A model generated the notes under the pieces. The model had not been told where the DNA came from, searched no databases, and saw only the letters and a list, made by a program, of their open reading frames with translations. From contig OZ024756.1 in the NCBI GenBank assembly GCA_964016885.1, positions 13,578,001-13,642,000 of the forward strand: DNA of 64,000 nt. Direction: 5' to 3'. The stretch comes from Eledone cirrhosa (taxonomy: Eukaryota). Shown in pieces: positions 24,335 to 39,300 of this stretch (positions within the stretch are counted from its first letter, which is position 1; every line of letters starts with the position of its first letter). A program made the translations under genes and the position numbers.

Positions 24335-24913
24335 GTAATAATAGGATATGTGTTCCTTCACGCACAAGGCGCTAAGGGACGCATGTATTGTCCAACCAAA
24401 TGCCAATGTGGTTCAATGGCAGGTTAATAAATTAACGAGCCAGAACATATATAAACAAGGTTTAGCAAATAATGAAAAAGTTTCAAAATAAATTTTAAAA
24501 AATTGACTTTACCTACTATAGTTACCTTTACCGATCGGTTTCGAATCCCAAAAATAAACGGAGGCCGTACGGCCTTCGTTGCAAAGAAAGATTCTCGTCA
24601 GAAGGTTCTTTTCATTCGAAGAATATAAAATTCTTGAATTTAAATTACGAACTAGCGCTATCCAAAACTGTTCCCGAGATGAGAGTGAATGAAGTGGAAT
24701 CAATTTTTTCAAGGGCCGAAGTAAAGATAGAGGCAGAGGGAGGTAGGTCAACCGGCCGCAACTATCACTAGCAGCAGTCGGAACGACCAAATTTGCTTCT
24801 CAACAATAGAGGAGAATAGTAATAATAGGATATGTGTTCCTTCACGCACAAGGCGCTAAGGGACGCATGTATTGTCCAACCAAATGCCAATGTGGTTCAA
24901 TGGCAGGTTAATA
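24335..24913 (-). mobile_element. Retrozyme-like element: 484-bp monomer with 95-bp direct terminal redundancy and an internal hammerhead
   Basis: 24335-24429 is identical to 24819-24913; HHR at 24524-24606; (TA)-rich flanks. Confidence 0.75.
24524..24606 (-). ncRNA. Type I hammerhead ribozyme with extended stem II
   Basis: ACCUU-CUGACGA-GAAUCUU...[AACGAAGGCC GUAC GGCCUCCGUU]...GGGAUUC-GAAA-CCGAUCGG-UA-AAGGU. Confidence 0.85.
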
Positions 24914-25685
24914 TATATATATATGTATATATACATGTATATATGTATGTATATATATATATACACATATGCATATATATATATATATATACATAGATGT
25001 ATATACACATATGCATATATATATGTATATATATATATATGTATATATATGTATATGTATATATACATACACATATACATATATATATATACATATATAT
25101 ATATGCATATGTGTATATATATATATACATACACATATACATATATATATATACATATATATATATATATGCATGTGTATATATATATATACATACACAT
25201 ATACATATATAGATGGTGGCTGCCAACTCGTTTTCGAGTACGGCCACTACTTTATATCCATGTAGGAGAACCCCTACTGATGCGCTGAACAAGTGTGACT
25301 TTTTAGTCCAGCCAGCGACTTGAAAACTCTGGTATAAACACTACACTTGTGACAATCACTGACACATAGTGCTGGGCCCATGGTACCATGTGACGACAAG
25401 TGCAGAGAGATCTCCAGATACAAAGCAATGCCTGTGCCGTGAAGCTTTTATAGTGAGCAAAGGCACTGCACAAAGCCAGTCCCACTCTCTTAACCAAGAT
25501 GAGTGTCTGTGTGTGTATATATATGTGTGTGTGTATATATATATGTGTGTGTGTGTATATATACATATATATATATGTATATATACACACACACACATAT
25601 ATATATATACACACACACACATATATATACACACACACACACTCACACTCACACATATATATACACACTCATACACACCCACAAG

Positions 25686-25732
<47 letters not shown>

Positions 25733-26574
25733 CTACATATTTCTAGCTGTCTAGCCATTAACAGCGTTTAGTTTAAGTCAACAGACTTGAAACCTGTTTT
25801 TGCAAAAGCTGCCATTTGTGTGTAGCGAAGTGAGTCATCAATTGTTAGCTTCTGAATGCAATGTCTTCTGGGAGTCATTAGTCATCAGATATAACAGACC
25901 CATTTATAAGAAATCGAAGATGACTGTGTTGATTCTGTGAGTCAACAGGGTTAACAGATTGCCATGTGTTTCTTTGTTTGTTTATTTTGTTAGTTGGTTA
26001 ATTAATGCAATTACTTTTTTTTTTCATTGGCTTCCGATATCGGAGAAAAATGCTGTTGTTAGGAGAAACGAAATAAAGTCACAAATGTGATGAGGCAGGG
26101 TCTGGTGATGTCATTGCTAGACTGTAAATTCATATAAAATCGATGGTAATGGTTGGTGGTAAATAAAAAATATGACTTTTTCCTCCACACAAATTGCAGG
26201 CCTTGTGCCTAAATAAGAAAAAATATTCTTATAAAAAGGATAAAGGGTGGTAGATTTATAGAATTGGTAGAGCAACAGATATCATGACTATACATGCATG
26301 TATATCAACAACTTTTCTTTTCATCTTTCCAGAGTCAATAAAATAAAGTACCAGTCATGTACTGAGGTTGATTTAATTAATTTTGGTTTTCTGGCAAATT
26401 TGCTGGACTTGTGCCTCAATTAAATCAGTATTTAGTTAGAAATCATTATAAAAAGTCGATAGATTTGAAGAATTGCTAGAACGTTGGACAAATTGTTTTG
26501 TAGAGATTATTCTGGATCTTAATGTCCTATGTTCAAATCCTGCTATGGTTGGCTTCAACCTTCCACACTCTTAG

Positions 26575-28395
26575 ATTGATATAATACACTTACTCTACAC
26601 TTACTCTACACTTACTCTACACTTCAGTTACTGAGATTGATATAATACAATTTCTCTACACTTACTCTACACTTCAGTTACTGAGATTGATATAATACAC
26701 TTACTCTACATTTTCTCTACACTTCAGTTCCTGAGATTGATATAATACACTTACTCTACACTTCAGTTACTGAGATTGATATAATACACTTACTCTACAC
26801 TTCAGTTCCTGAGATTGATATAATACACTAACTCTACACTTCAGTTACTGAGATTGATATAATACACTTACTCTACACTTCAGTTCCTGAGATTGATATA
26901 ATGCACTAACTCTACACTTCAGTTACTGAGATTGATATAATACACTTACTCTACACTTCAGTTCCTGAGATTGATATAATGCACTAACTCTACACTTCAG
27001 TTACTGAGATTGATATAATACACTTACTCTACACTTCAGTTCCTGAGATTGATATAATGCACTTACTCTACACTTCAGTTACTGAGATTGATATAATACA
27101 CTTACTCTACACTTCAGTTCCTGAGATTGATATAATGCACTTACTCTACACTTCAGTTCCTGAGATTGATATAATACACTTACTCTACACTTCAGTTACT
27201 GAGATTGATATAATACACTTACTCTACACTTCAGTTACTCAGATTGATATAATGCACTTACTCTACACTTCAGTTACTGAGATTGATATAATACACTTAC
27301 TCTACACTTCAGTTACTCAGATTGATATAATACACTAACTCTACACTTCAGTTACTCAGATTGATATGATACACTTACTCTACACTTCAGTTACTCAGAT
27401 TGATATAATACACTTACTCTACACTTCAGTTACTCAGATAGATATAATACACTTACCCTACACTTCAGTTACTCAGATTGATATAATACACTTACTCTAC
27501 ACTTCAGTTACCGAGATTGTTATAATACACTTACTCTACACTTCAGTTCCTGAGATTGATATAATACACTTACTCTACACTTCAGTTACTCAGATTGATA
27601 TAATACACTTACTCTACACTTCAGTTCCTGAGATTGATATAATACACTTACTCTACGCTTCAGTTACCAAGATTGATATAATACACTTACTCAACACTTC
27701 AGTTACCGAGATAGATATAATACATTTACTGTACACTTCAGTTCCCGAGATTGATATAATACACTTACTCTACACTTCAGTTACTGAGATTGATATAATA
27801 CACTTACTCTACACTTCAGTTACTGAGATTGATATAATACACTTACTCTACACTTCAGTTACTGAGATTGATATAATACACTTACTCTACACTTCAGTTC
27901 CTGAGATTGATATAATACACTTACTCTACACTTCAGTTACTCAGATTGATATAATAGACTTTCTCTATACTTCAGTTACTGAGATTGATATAATACACTT
28001 ACTCTACACTCCAGTTCCTGAGATTGATATAATACACTTACTCTACACTTCAGTTACTCAGATTGATATAATAGACTTTCTCTATACTTCAGTTACTGAG
28101 ATTGATATAATACACTTACTCTACACTCCAGTTACTGAGATTGATATAATACACTTACTCTACACTTCAGTTACTCAGATCGATATAATACACTTTCTCA
28201 ACACTTCAGTTACTGAGATTGATATAATACACTTTCTCTACACTTACTCTACACTTCAGTTACTGAGATTGATATAATACACTTTCTCTACACTTACTCT
28301 ACACTTCAGTTACTGAGATTGATATAATACACTTTCTCTACACTTACTCTACACTTCAGTTACTGAGATTGATATAATACACTTTCTCTACACTT
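26575..28395. repeat. 39-bp minisatellite, ~46 copies
   Basis: Unit gattgatataatacacttactctacacttcagttactga. Confidence 0.95.
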
Positions 28396-28531
28396 CCAAA
28401 CCATTGACTTTCCTTGTTCTAATCATTACTATTATAAAATCATTGATGGTAGTTGACAGTTGAACTCCTGGCAGGGGTGGCATAAATATTGGTCACTTAC
28501 TACAGGTGGGGGTGGGGCATTACTGACTGTT

Positions 28532-31453
28532 TCAACAACAACAACTACAACAATAACAATAACAACAACCATAACACCTACAACACTAACAACACCAACA
28601 CTAACAACAACAACAACACTAACAACAACACAAACAACACCAACACTAACAACAACCACAACAATAACAACAACCATAACACCTACAACACTAACAACAC
28701 CAACACTAACAACAACAACAACACTAACAACAACAACAACACTAACAACAACAACAACACTAACAACAACACTAACAACACCAACACTAACAACAACACC
28801 AACACTAACAACAACAACACTAACAACAACAACAACACTAACAACACCAACACTAACAACAACACCAACACTAACAACAACAACACTAACAACAATACTT
28901 ACAACAACAACCACAACAATAACTACTACAATACCAACAGCAAAAGCAACACCAACAACTACAACAACAACTACAACACTAACAACACCAACAACCACAA
29001 CATTAACAACAACTAAAAACACCAACACCTACAACACCAACCACAACACTAACAACAACAACAACACCTACAACACCAACCACAACACTAACAACAACAA
29101 CACCTACCACAACACTAACAACAACAACACCCACAACACTAACAACAACAACAACAACAACACCCACAACAACTACAACACCAACAACAACAACAACTAC
29201 AACACCTACCACAACACTAACAACAACTACAACACCAACAACAACAACAACTACAACACCTACCACAACACTAACAACAACAACAACAACAACAACACCT
29301 ACCACAACACTAACAACAACTACAACACCAACAACAACAACAACTACAACACCTACCACAACACTAACAACAACAACAACAACACCAACAACAACAACAA
29401 CACCTACCACAACACTAACAACAACTACAACACCAACAACAACAACAACAACAACACCAACAACAACAACACCTACCACAACACTAACAACAACAACAAC
29501 AACACCCACAACAACAACACCTACCACAACACTAACAACAACTACAACACCAACAACAACTACAACACCTACCACAACACTAACAACAACAACAACAACA
29601 CCAACAACAACAACAACTACAACACCTACCACAACACTAACAACAACAACAACAACACCAACAACAACAACAACAACACCCACAACAACAACAACAACAA
29701 CACCTACCACAACAACAACTACAACACCAACAACAACAACAACTACAACACCTACCACAACACTAACAACAACAACAACAACACCAACAACAACAACAAC
29801 ACCTACCACAACACTAACAACAACTACAACACCAACAACAACAACAACAACAACACCAACAACAACAACACCTACCACAACACTAACAACAACAACAACA
29901 ACACCCACAACAACAACACCTACCACAACACTAACAACAACAACTACAACACCAACAACAACTACAACACCTACCACAACACTAACAACAACAACTACAA
30001 CACCAACAACAACAACAACTACAACACCTACCACAACACTAACAACAACAACAACAACACCAACAACAACAACAACTACAACACCTACCACAACACTAAC
30101 AACAACAACAACAACACCAACAACAACAACTACAACACCTACCACAACACTAACAACAACAACAACAACACCAACAACAACAACAACTACAACACCTACC
30201 ACAACACTAACAACAACAACAACAACACCAACAACAACAACAACTACAACACCTACCACAACACTAACAACAACAACTACAACACCAACAACAACTACAA
30301 CACCTACCACAACACTAACAACAACAACAACAACAACACCAACAACAACAACAACTACAACACCTACCACAACACTAACAACAACAACAACAACACCAAC
30401 AACAACAACAACTACAACACCTACCACAACACTAACAACAACAACAACAACACCAACAACAACAACTACAACACCTACCACAACACTAACAACAACAACT
30501 ACAACACCAACAACAACTACAACACCTACCACAACACTAACAACAACAACAACAACAACACCAACAACAACAACAACTACAACACCTACCACAACACTAA
30601 CAACAACAACTACAACACCAACAACAACTACAACACCTACCACAACACTAACAACAACAACAACACCAACAACAACACCTACCACAACACTAACAACAAC
30701 ACCAACAACAACAACAACACCAACAACAACAACTACAACACCTACCACAACACTAACAACAACAACAACACCCACAACAACAACAACAACAACACTAACA
30801 ACAACAACTACAACACCAACTACAACACCTACCACAACACTAACAACAACAACAACACCCACAACAACAACAACAACAACACCAACCACAACACTATCAA
30901 CAACAACACTAACAACAACAACAACAACTACAACACCCACCACAACACTAACAACAACAACATCCACAACAACAACAACACCTACCACAACACTAACAAC
31001 AACAACTACAACACCAACTACAACACCTACCACAACACTAACAACAACAACAACACCCACAACAACAACAACAACAACACCAACCACAACACTAACAACA
31101 CCAACACTAACAACAACAACAACAACTACAACACCCACCACAACACTAACAACAACAACAACAACAACTACAACACCCACCACAACACTAACAACGACAA
31201 CAACAACAACTACAACACCCACCACAACACTAACAACAACAACAACAACAACAACACCAACCACAACACTAACAACACCAACACTAACAACAACAACAAC
31301 AACTACAACACCCACCACAACACTAACAACAACAACAACAACAACTACAACACCCACCACAACACTAACAACGACAACAACAACAACTACAACACCCACC
31401 ACAACACTAACAACAACTACAACACCCACCACAACACTAACAACAACAACAAC
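28532..31453. repeat. (AAC)n-derived complex trinucleotide array, ~2.9 kb
   Basis: aac repeats punctuated by acctaccacaacact. Confidence 0.95.
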
Positions 31454-31667
31454 CATAGCTGTCAACCAAACTATTAGTACCTTTCTGAACTTGGTATTAT
31501 ACATCAATGTGTTTCAGTTAACATCTGCCCCCCCCCCCCCCCCCCCCCCCCTCTCCCACTCTCTAATCTTGTGAAATGGGTGGGGTGGGGTGGGGAGTTA
31601 ATAACAGATTATCATTATATTGTTTATAATGCGATGAAGGTGTCTTGCATGTGAGACACCTGTCTCC

Positions 31668-31727
<60 letters not shown>

Positions 31728-31734
31728 TTCTTGT

Positions 31735-31842
31735 GGTGTCTGTGTGTGTATATATATATATAATCACACAATAGCTAATACATAGATAAACAGGGATATA
31801 TATATATATATATATATATCTGTTTATTATGTATGTGGTGCC

Positions 31843-31903
<61 letters not shown>

Positions 31904-31930
31904 CTGTTTATTATGTATGTATGTGGTGCC

Positions 31931-31966
<36 letters not shown>

Positions 31967-31995
31967 ATCACACAATAGCTAATACATAGATAAAC

Positions 31996-32044
<49 letters not shown>

Positions 32045-32074
32045 CCTCTGTTTATTATGTATGTATGTGGTGCC

Positions 32075-32114
<40 letters not shown>

Positions 32115-32141
32115 CACACAATAGCTAATACATAGATAAAC

Positions 32142-32186
<45 letters not shown>

Positions 32187-32215
32187 TATCTCCCTCTGTT
32201 TATTATGTATGTATT
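31735..32215. repeat. Tandem repeats with variable (TA)n spacers
   Basis: aatcacacaatagctaatacatagataaacaggg and ctgtttattatgtatg units, each repeated 3-4 times. Confidence 0.85.
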
Positions 32216-32337
32216 ATCTATTGTAGCAATCATGAGTGCTGACTCTTCCTCGTCACTAAACCCTACATTTAAAACTAACTGCTAAATATGTTCTCACTAT
32301 TTTTCTTGCTCTAGGTACACAAGGAAAAGAACCGAAA

Positions 32338-32909
32338 ATGTCGGAAGGAAGCAAGAAAGACTTAGTGTCTGATGCCAAGTCTTTCTGTGACAGTCTTGGC
32401 AATGTGTTTGTTGTGAAGAAACGCGATGCCCAGAGTCGGCATCTACTGAACCAAGCAAAGTCCCTTATAGAATCGCTCCTAGATGAGAATCAACGACTGT
32501 CGGCGGGGGGTGGAACGCCCCGCAATAAACGTAGCGGGGGCAGCATGGGTCAACTATGGATGAAACTGGATGAAATGAAACGCGAGAACGAGGAACTTAA
32601 GAGACAGCTGGGTAAGTCACATGACGAACGCCCTGCAACCAACAAATCACAGGGCCCCGGGGAGGTCATCATAGCCGAGTTACACAAAACCAAGGCCGAG
32701 AACACCAACTTGAAAAGTGACCTGGAGAAAATGCAGAAGACTTTGCAAGAGATGAATATCATCTACACAAATCTTCAAGATGAATACAAACGATTGAGGA
32801 TCGCTCTAGACACGACTAACCAATCGCTTGAATACTCTCGATGTGAAAACAAAAGTCTGGAAAACAGCTTTACCAGTGCTAAGAAAGAAAATGATTTGCT
32901 TAAGCAACG
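32338..32909 (+). CDS. MIEAP-like gene, coding exon 1 (coiled coil); exon begins at 32315
   Basis: Acceptor ttttcttgctctag ends at 32314, ATG at 32338, donor CG|GTAAGT at 32910. The 191-aa ORF is non-repetitive and rich in E/K/L heptads. Confidence 0.88.
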
Positions 32910-33284
32910 GTAAGTATTGAATTCTCACCTATATTTGCATTGGTTTATATCTTATTTTCTTTGATCATACTTTTATATTGTAATTCACACACACACACCA
33001 TACCACACAGACACACATACACAAAATGGGTTTCAGTGGATTTTGAAACAAATGACAACAAATTTGACGATTCGTTTAACAAATACTAACTGCATCCTTT
33101 AAGACACTCATGCTTCCCGAAATATGCCAAAACTACACCTGATGTACCCCTTCCATACACATGCACACATGTGTGTATCATGACTCGTGCACTGTTCATT
33201 TTACTGATGTTTGTGCATTGCCCTATGTACTGTACATGCACTTTTTGATGAGTTGTGGTGCACCTGGGCACTGTGCACAATATT

Positions 33285-33320
<36 letters not shown>

Positions 33321-36300
33321 CATGACTCATACACTGTTCATTTTCCTGACATTTGTACATTATTCTATGTACTATACATGCACTTTTGATGAGTTGTAGT
33401 GCACCTGAGCACTACACAATAATTTCATTATTATTATTATTATTTATTATTATTAACAACAACAGCAACAAAATAACTAACAGCTTTTCATCTGTTACAT
33501 TCAATAAGGATGTTCTAGATATCAACAAGGTTTTCATCTGCTTTCTTCTTCACCCACTTATTTCTGAGAGGGTCATGGGGCCAGAGTCCCCAAACACTCC
33601 TTCCAGTGGGTCCTGTTAGAAGCAACCATCTCCAGCAGATCCAGCTTGATCCACAAGTGTGACCAACTAAGTTCATGGATGTTATCCAACCATCTTGTTT
33701 GGGTTCTGCCCCTGGGTCTCCTACCAGTTGGTTTTGACCGTAAAATCTGTCCAGCGATTCTTTCCTGAGACATTCTAACCACATGCTCATAATATCGGAG
33801 CTGTGATCTCTCAATTCGGAGAAGTAGTGGTTCTACCTGGAGCAACTCTCTGATCTCTGAGCTACGCACTTTATCGAGTAACGTTACTCCAAAGACCCTT
33901 CGTAGGAATCCTATTTTGGCCGCTTGTTTTCGTGATAGATAACAGCCTTGTTGATATCTACAACATCCTTATTGAATGTGATAGATATAGGTCAATGGAA
34001 AGCTTTCGGTAGAGTCGACCATCGATAACTGGAGGCTGTCCTCAAGGCAGCTGGCTTTGGTCCTGTCTTCAGAGGCTGGATCGCTGCATTGCACAGCAGC
34101 ATCTGTTCGGTGGTCAAAGTAAATGGCCACCTCTCGGAATTGTTTCAGATAACGTGATCGGTCTTTGAAGGGTGTCCTCTTCTGTACATATTAACTCAAA
34201 AGCCTTTACTGAAGAAACCGGAGCTGTTGCAGAGCATTCCTCTTGAATTGCGACATAGAAGGACTATGTCAGCGTATGCGGAAAACATCACTGTGATGGT
34301 GTTGAACACCTCGGGAATTGAGGTGGTTGGCACCTTCTTAGAGGAATACGAAAGGTTGATGTGAGAAAACTGAATTCGGAAAAGTTGGTGGGTTTGCAGC
34401 TCGGCACCTAGAAAGGTAAATCCATGCCCCGCTGAACATCATCTTCATTGGACGCTGGACAGACAGACCGGTAAAGTTGCTCAGAGTCTGGTTCGGACCA
34501 GACTTCCAGATGGATAAGAACTGGGATGAGGTAATGAGTAGGGTGGCCACTCTCACCCAGAAATGGGCCGAGGGGAAGCTATCCATGAAAAGTCAAGTGG
34601 GGGTGGTGAACGTGTGTATTATGTCCATCATCTATTATCGCCTGACCGTCATGCCTTTCCTCCATTTGACCTCACTAAATTGGAACACCTACTCTTCAAC
34701 TTGTCTTGTGGATGGAAAAGATGCCATTGGGGAGGTGGTTCATCTGCTGCCAGCATCCTCTATGTGGTGGGCTGGGCGTGCCATGGCTAATGATGCGCAA
34801 ACATGTGCTGAGGCGACAGCATCTTCAGATATTCGATAATGATGAACAGGTGTGGTCGTTGTTTGTGAGACAGGCCTTTCTGCAGCTCGTCTCTTTGACT
34901 GAGCTGCCATCCTGGGTCGAGGAAAGACCATTGTATTCCACCAGGTGGGCAATGCAGTCAGTGAAAATTCCACTCTAGAGTTCTGTAGAGGTTTAGTGGT
35001 GGGCAAGTGTTACACGCTCTAGGGGAGACTCTGGGTGTTGACGAAATTGAAATTACTAGTCTCTTCTGAAGGACTTTTGAGTCAGGGACCATGGATAACT
35101 TCCAGAAATCCCTCACTTGACAATGCTACCAGGGATCACTGCCGGTTCGAGACAAATTCTACAGGCAGTCAGAAGGATCTACCAAGATGCATGCAGAATG
35201 ACGAAACCATTCTGCACGCACTCGTTCAGTGACCATCTGGAGTTGTGTTGAACAGCTGTTATCACATGTGGGACGGATCCGGCTTTCGACCGAGCCCAGA
35301 GTGAAGATCGACCCGCCGCTTTCTTTTGGCCAGGAAATTGCAGGCAGTTTTCTTGTTTGGTGGCAGTAGTGAAAGAGGTGGTGGACCGGGTTGAAAGGAC
35401 TGAAAACAGACAGTTTTCCCTTTGGTTGGCCAATCCCTCATCAACTTTCACTTGGAAAGGAAGGTAAAGGTGGAGAGAGAAGTGCTATCCCTCCCCCTCC
35501 CCCTCCCAGTACTAAACGATGGGTGAATGTGGTGAGAATGGCCTGTGTGAATGGGTCTACTCTGATCATGCACCTATAGGTTGATTAATTTGAGGGGAAG
35601 AAGGGTGCCCTTCCCGAGTGCTCTCGGAGCATCGGGTGGTTCAGGATTGGTGGGGTACCTGAGTCAACCCTGTGTGGTTATCCCCCCCTATTGGGGAATT
35701 TTCATTGTTATAATTCTTTTGTTTATTGTTATTGTTTTATATTTCTTACTCGATTTCAGTATTGGTTTTACATCTACTTGATGTAAAGCCAACACTGCTT
35801 TGGTCCTATTGTCCCCTACCTCGTGTGCCTTTCTGGCAAATAAAAGAAAATTTTGTTGTTATTGTTATTGTTGTTCCTGTTGTAGGCTGTCCAGCAGTCC
35901 GGCTAAACCAGTGGGAGCGAGGAGAGATAACCGCCAAGTGGAAAACATCAATGAACAGTGTCGACCGTCAGTGATTGCTAGGAAGTATGACCGGTTAGAA
36001 AGTCAAGAATGGTTGGATGCCAAAGAGAGTCTGGAAGATACGACCAACAGAGACGAGGAAGACATTGTCAAGTTCCTTTGTTTTATGTTAATGGTAAGGT
36101 TCAACGAAAACAGCACCTAATTTCACTGGACCACAACACTGTAATTGACAGAAGTACAGGCATGCATACATACATACCATATATACATACATGATGACTG
36201 CAACTTGATTTCGAGTAATGCCATCGCTTGATACTTAAACATTAGTATCATGGATGTGGCTTTTTAGTCCTGCTAGGAACTTGCCTATGGCCAGCAATAC

Positions 36301-39300
36301 CATGCATCGCAAAAAATGTCACATATCAAATGATGCCTGTGCTTGAAACTTTTTTAAGCAAGCAAAAGCTTTTCACAAAGTTAATCCCACTCTTTGAACA
36401 TCAAATGGATTTACCCAAAAAGTAGAACTGGTCTACTTCATTGGATGCAAACAAAGTCGCAGGTTTTACATCAGCATGACCTTCTCTTAGAGCAGTGTTT
36501 CCCAACCTTTTTCAAGCCCACACCTCTAAAAATGTGTTCTCATACCCCTTAAAAAAGTAATAATTTATTTTAGGATAAAGAAGACAAATTAATACTAAAT
36601 TTGCACAACAAATTTATATAAGCTAAATTTTTAATAATATATAAACAAAAATGAAACATGGAAAAGAAAAAATATTATAACAAATAAAAATTTGAATAAA
36701 AGAGAATTAAATTATCATTCATGCATGGAATTTACAAAATAGCTAGATAGACAGACAGACAGATAGATAGATAAATAGACAGACAAATAGATAGATAGAC
36801 AGATAGATAGCTAAGCAGACAGACAAATAGTGGATAGATCAATAGATCGATGTACGAAGAGATGAAAGTATGTATTAAATATATGACGTGTATTTCCATG
36901 TTTCTCTCTTTACCAGAATATATATGAGTCTTCAGAAATCGCCTACCAGAACCTTCAGAGCACTATATCAAATTTACTGAAACAGCCTACTCAGGCGGTA
37001 AGTACATTTTACTTAGCAACTTCTTTAACCCTTTAGCATTTAAACCAGCCATATCCGGCCAGAATTCTCTCACCTCTTTCTATTCAAACTGGCTGTAACT
37101 GGCCGTTCATACTGATGTTAAGGTATTGTTCTCAAAATAAATAATATCAAAATCTCATAGATTTAATATTATGGGAGATAATTATGTAAGGTAAAGTCTT
37201 TACCATGAAAATATAATATATATAGAGTGATGTAAATGCTAAAGGGTTAACCCTTTAGCATTTAAACCAGCCATATCCGGCCAGAATTCCCTCATCTCCT
37301 TCTGCTCAAACTAGTCATAACAGCTACTCATACTGATGTTAAGGTATTGTTCTCAAAGTAAATAATATCAAAATCTCGGAGATTCAGTATTATGTGAGAT
37401 AATTAAGTAAGTTAAAGCCTTTACTGTGAAAATACAATAGTAAATATAGAATAATGTAAATGCTAACGTGTTAATCTTTTATATCTGTTGATCTATACGC
37501 ACACACACACACACACATGCATATAGAGCTCCCAAAGGTGAGCAGTCGATGTAAAGTCTTTTGCACCAAGATTGGCATCCTTTAGCCTGGCAATTTGAGC
37601 ACTCTAAATTTACAAGGATATAAACCTACACAACAAGAATGGAGTCATATGAGATTGACTATTCTACAAAGAACTTACCAACACAACTTACAACAAATTG
37701 TTGATAGAAAAAGTGGAAAACGTGGTGTGCAGACTGAGATGGAAGGCACTACTCTTCACTGGAGAGATAGCTACCACTGCCACTGACTGCAAATGAACGA
37801 TACATAGGAATGACATCTGACTGCTTCAAACAGCAGTACTACTCACATATCACGTCATTTAGTCATTAGCATATAAAAAAAAACAACAACACTGGCCACC
37901 CACATATGGGAGCTTAAAGATATGAACATACCACACAAGTTAGAATGGATTATGTTAGAGAAGAGCAAGCCATATATCAAAGGGAAAAATCTGTTGACTC
38001 TGTATTAGCAGAAAATATAGGATATTACACGGCTTGAAGTCTGCCACAAGATATCTGAACAGTAAAACCAGGGTGTTCAGAAAATACCCATATATGAACG
38101 CACACCTGCTTGCAGCATGGACTAACATGATCACTAACCTACAACCATCTTAGACACAACACCAGGATACATATAGCTACATATATATAATAGAAACGCA
38201 TATATATAATATGTATCCCATACAAACATTGACATATGACTTTACGATTAATAACCAATTACACAGCTATATCACACACCCACAAACACCTGACTTGGGA
38301 ATATAGTTTATTTAATAGCTGATTCACAATAATATTAACAAGAGTTATTCCCCTTGTATTATACCCGCCTCTCATTTCTCATCTTGTGCTTTAGACTTTC
38401 TTACTTCATTTCTTTCCCCTCTCTCTGTTCAATATGTGGTTATGTCTTAACCCAACTTTTTACTATAGTATTCAGCTGTTTACACTGCCCTTTGCACTGA
38501 GAATACTATATTTTTATGAAAATTCATATGCACTCATCACTTCAAATCTTTTCAATTAATATATCGACATTAAAAGTTATCTAATTTAACCCTTTACTCT
38601 CCGTATACTATTATATTTTCATGGTAAAGGCTTTATCTCGCATAATTATCTCACATAATATCGAATCTATGAGATTTTAAAAGTATTTATTTTGAGAACA
38701 ATACCTTAACATCAGTTTGAGCGACCGGTTACAACCAGTTTCATCAGAAAGAGGTAGAGAATTCTGGCCGGTTTGAACATTAAAGGGTTAAGAGGGTAGC
38801 ATTTGTCACAGTCTCTTGGCTTAATGGTTTATAGCACCTATCTGGTATCTGGGAGATATGGGGTTCGATTCTACATAGCAGCTGTTTGCAACTTCTTTTT
38901 CCATATTTTAAGGGACTTCATGCTATTTATATATATATAGCATTTTATTTTGAAATTCTCTGATTTCTCGACTCCTCGCCACAAACAAACTTATTGGACA
39001 ACCTTCAAAGTCCTTTGTTCTTTATTACTATCCACCAAGGTTAGCTTTGCCTTTCATCCTTACAGTGTTGTTAAAATAAAGTAGCAGTAACACACTGGGG
39101 TCGATTTGTAGAAACAATTATTATTGACGTAACCACTCACCAGTTTCTTTGGATACCAAATTTTGGAATGGAATGGATCTCCATTGGTTACGATGACGAG
39201 TGTTTCAGTTATTCAATCAATGTAACGTTACACAAAACATGTAAATTGGTTGAGAATTTCACAGACACGTGTACTTTTAATGTAATTCTTAGGCAGCAGA

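Noticed and set aside
24335-24429. HDV-like or twister ribozyme in the 95-bp repeat (GCG-UCCCUUAG-CGC on -)
   Set aside because: A P3-like hairpin is present, but I could not build P1/P2 pairing or the catalytic joining strand.
24509-24790. CpG-rich first exon or 93-aa ORF of a minus-strand gene
   Set aside because: Better explained as the body of the hammerhead-containing element; no downstream exons found.
27057-28277. IHLLYTSVTEIDI repeat protein
   Set aside because: 39-bp minisatellite; a unit length divisible by 3 explains the ORF.
28460-31507. 1005-aa Thr/Asn-rich and 834-aa Val-rich ORFs
   Set aside because: Translations of an (AAC)n array that is open on both strands; no true ATG context or splice support.
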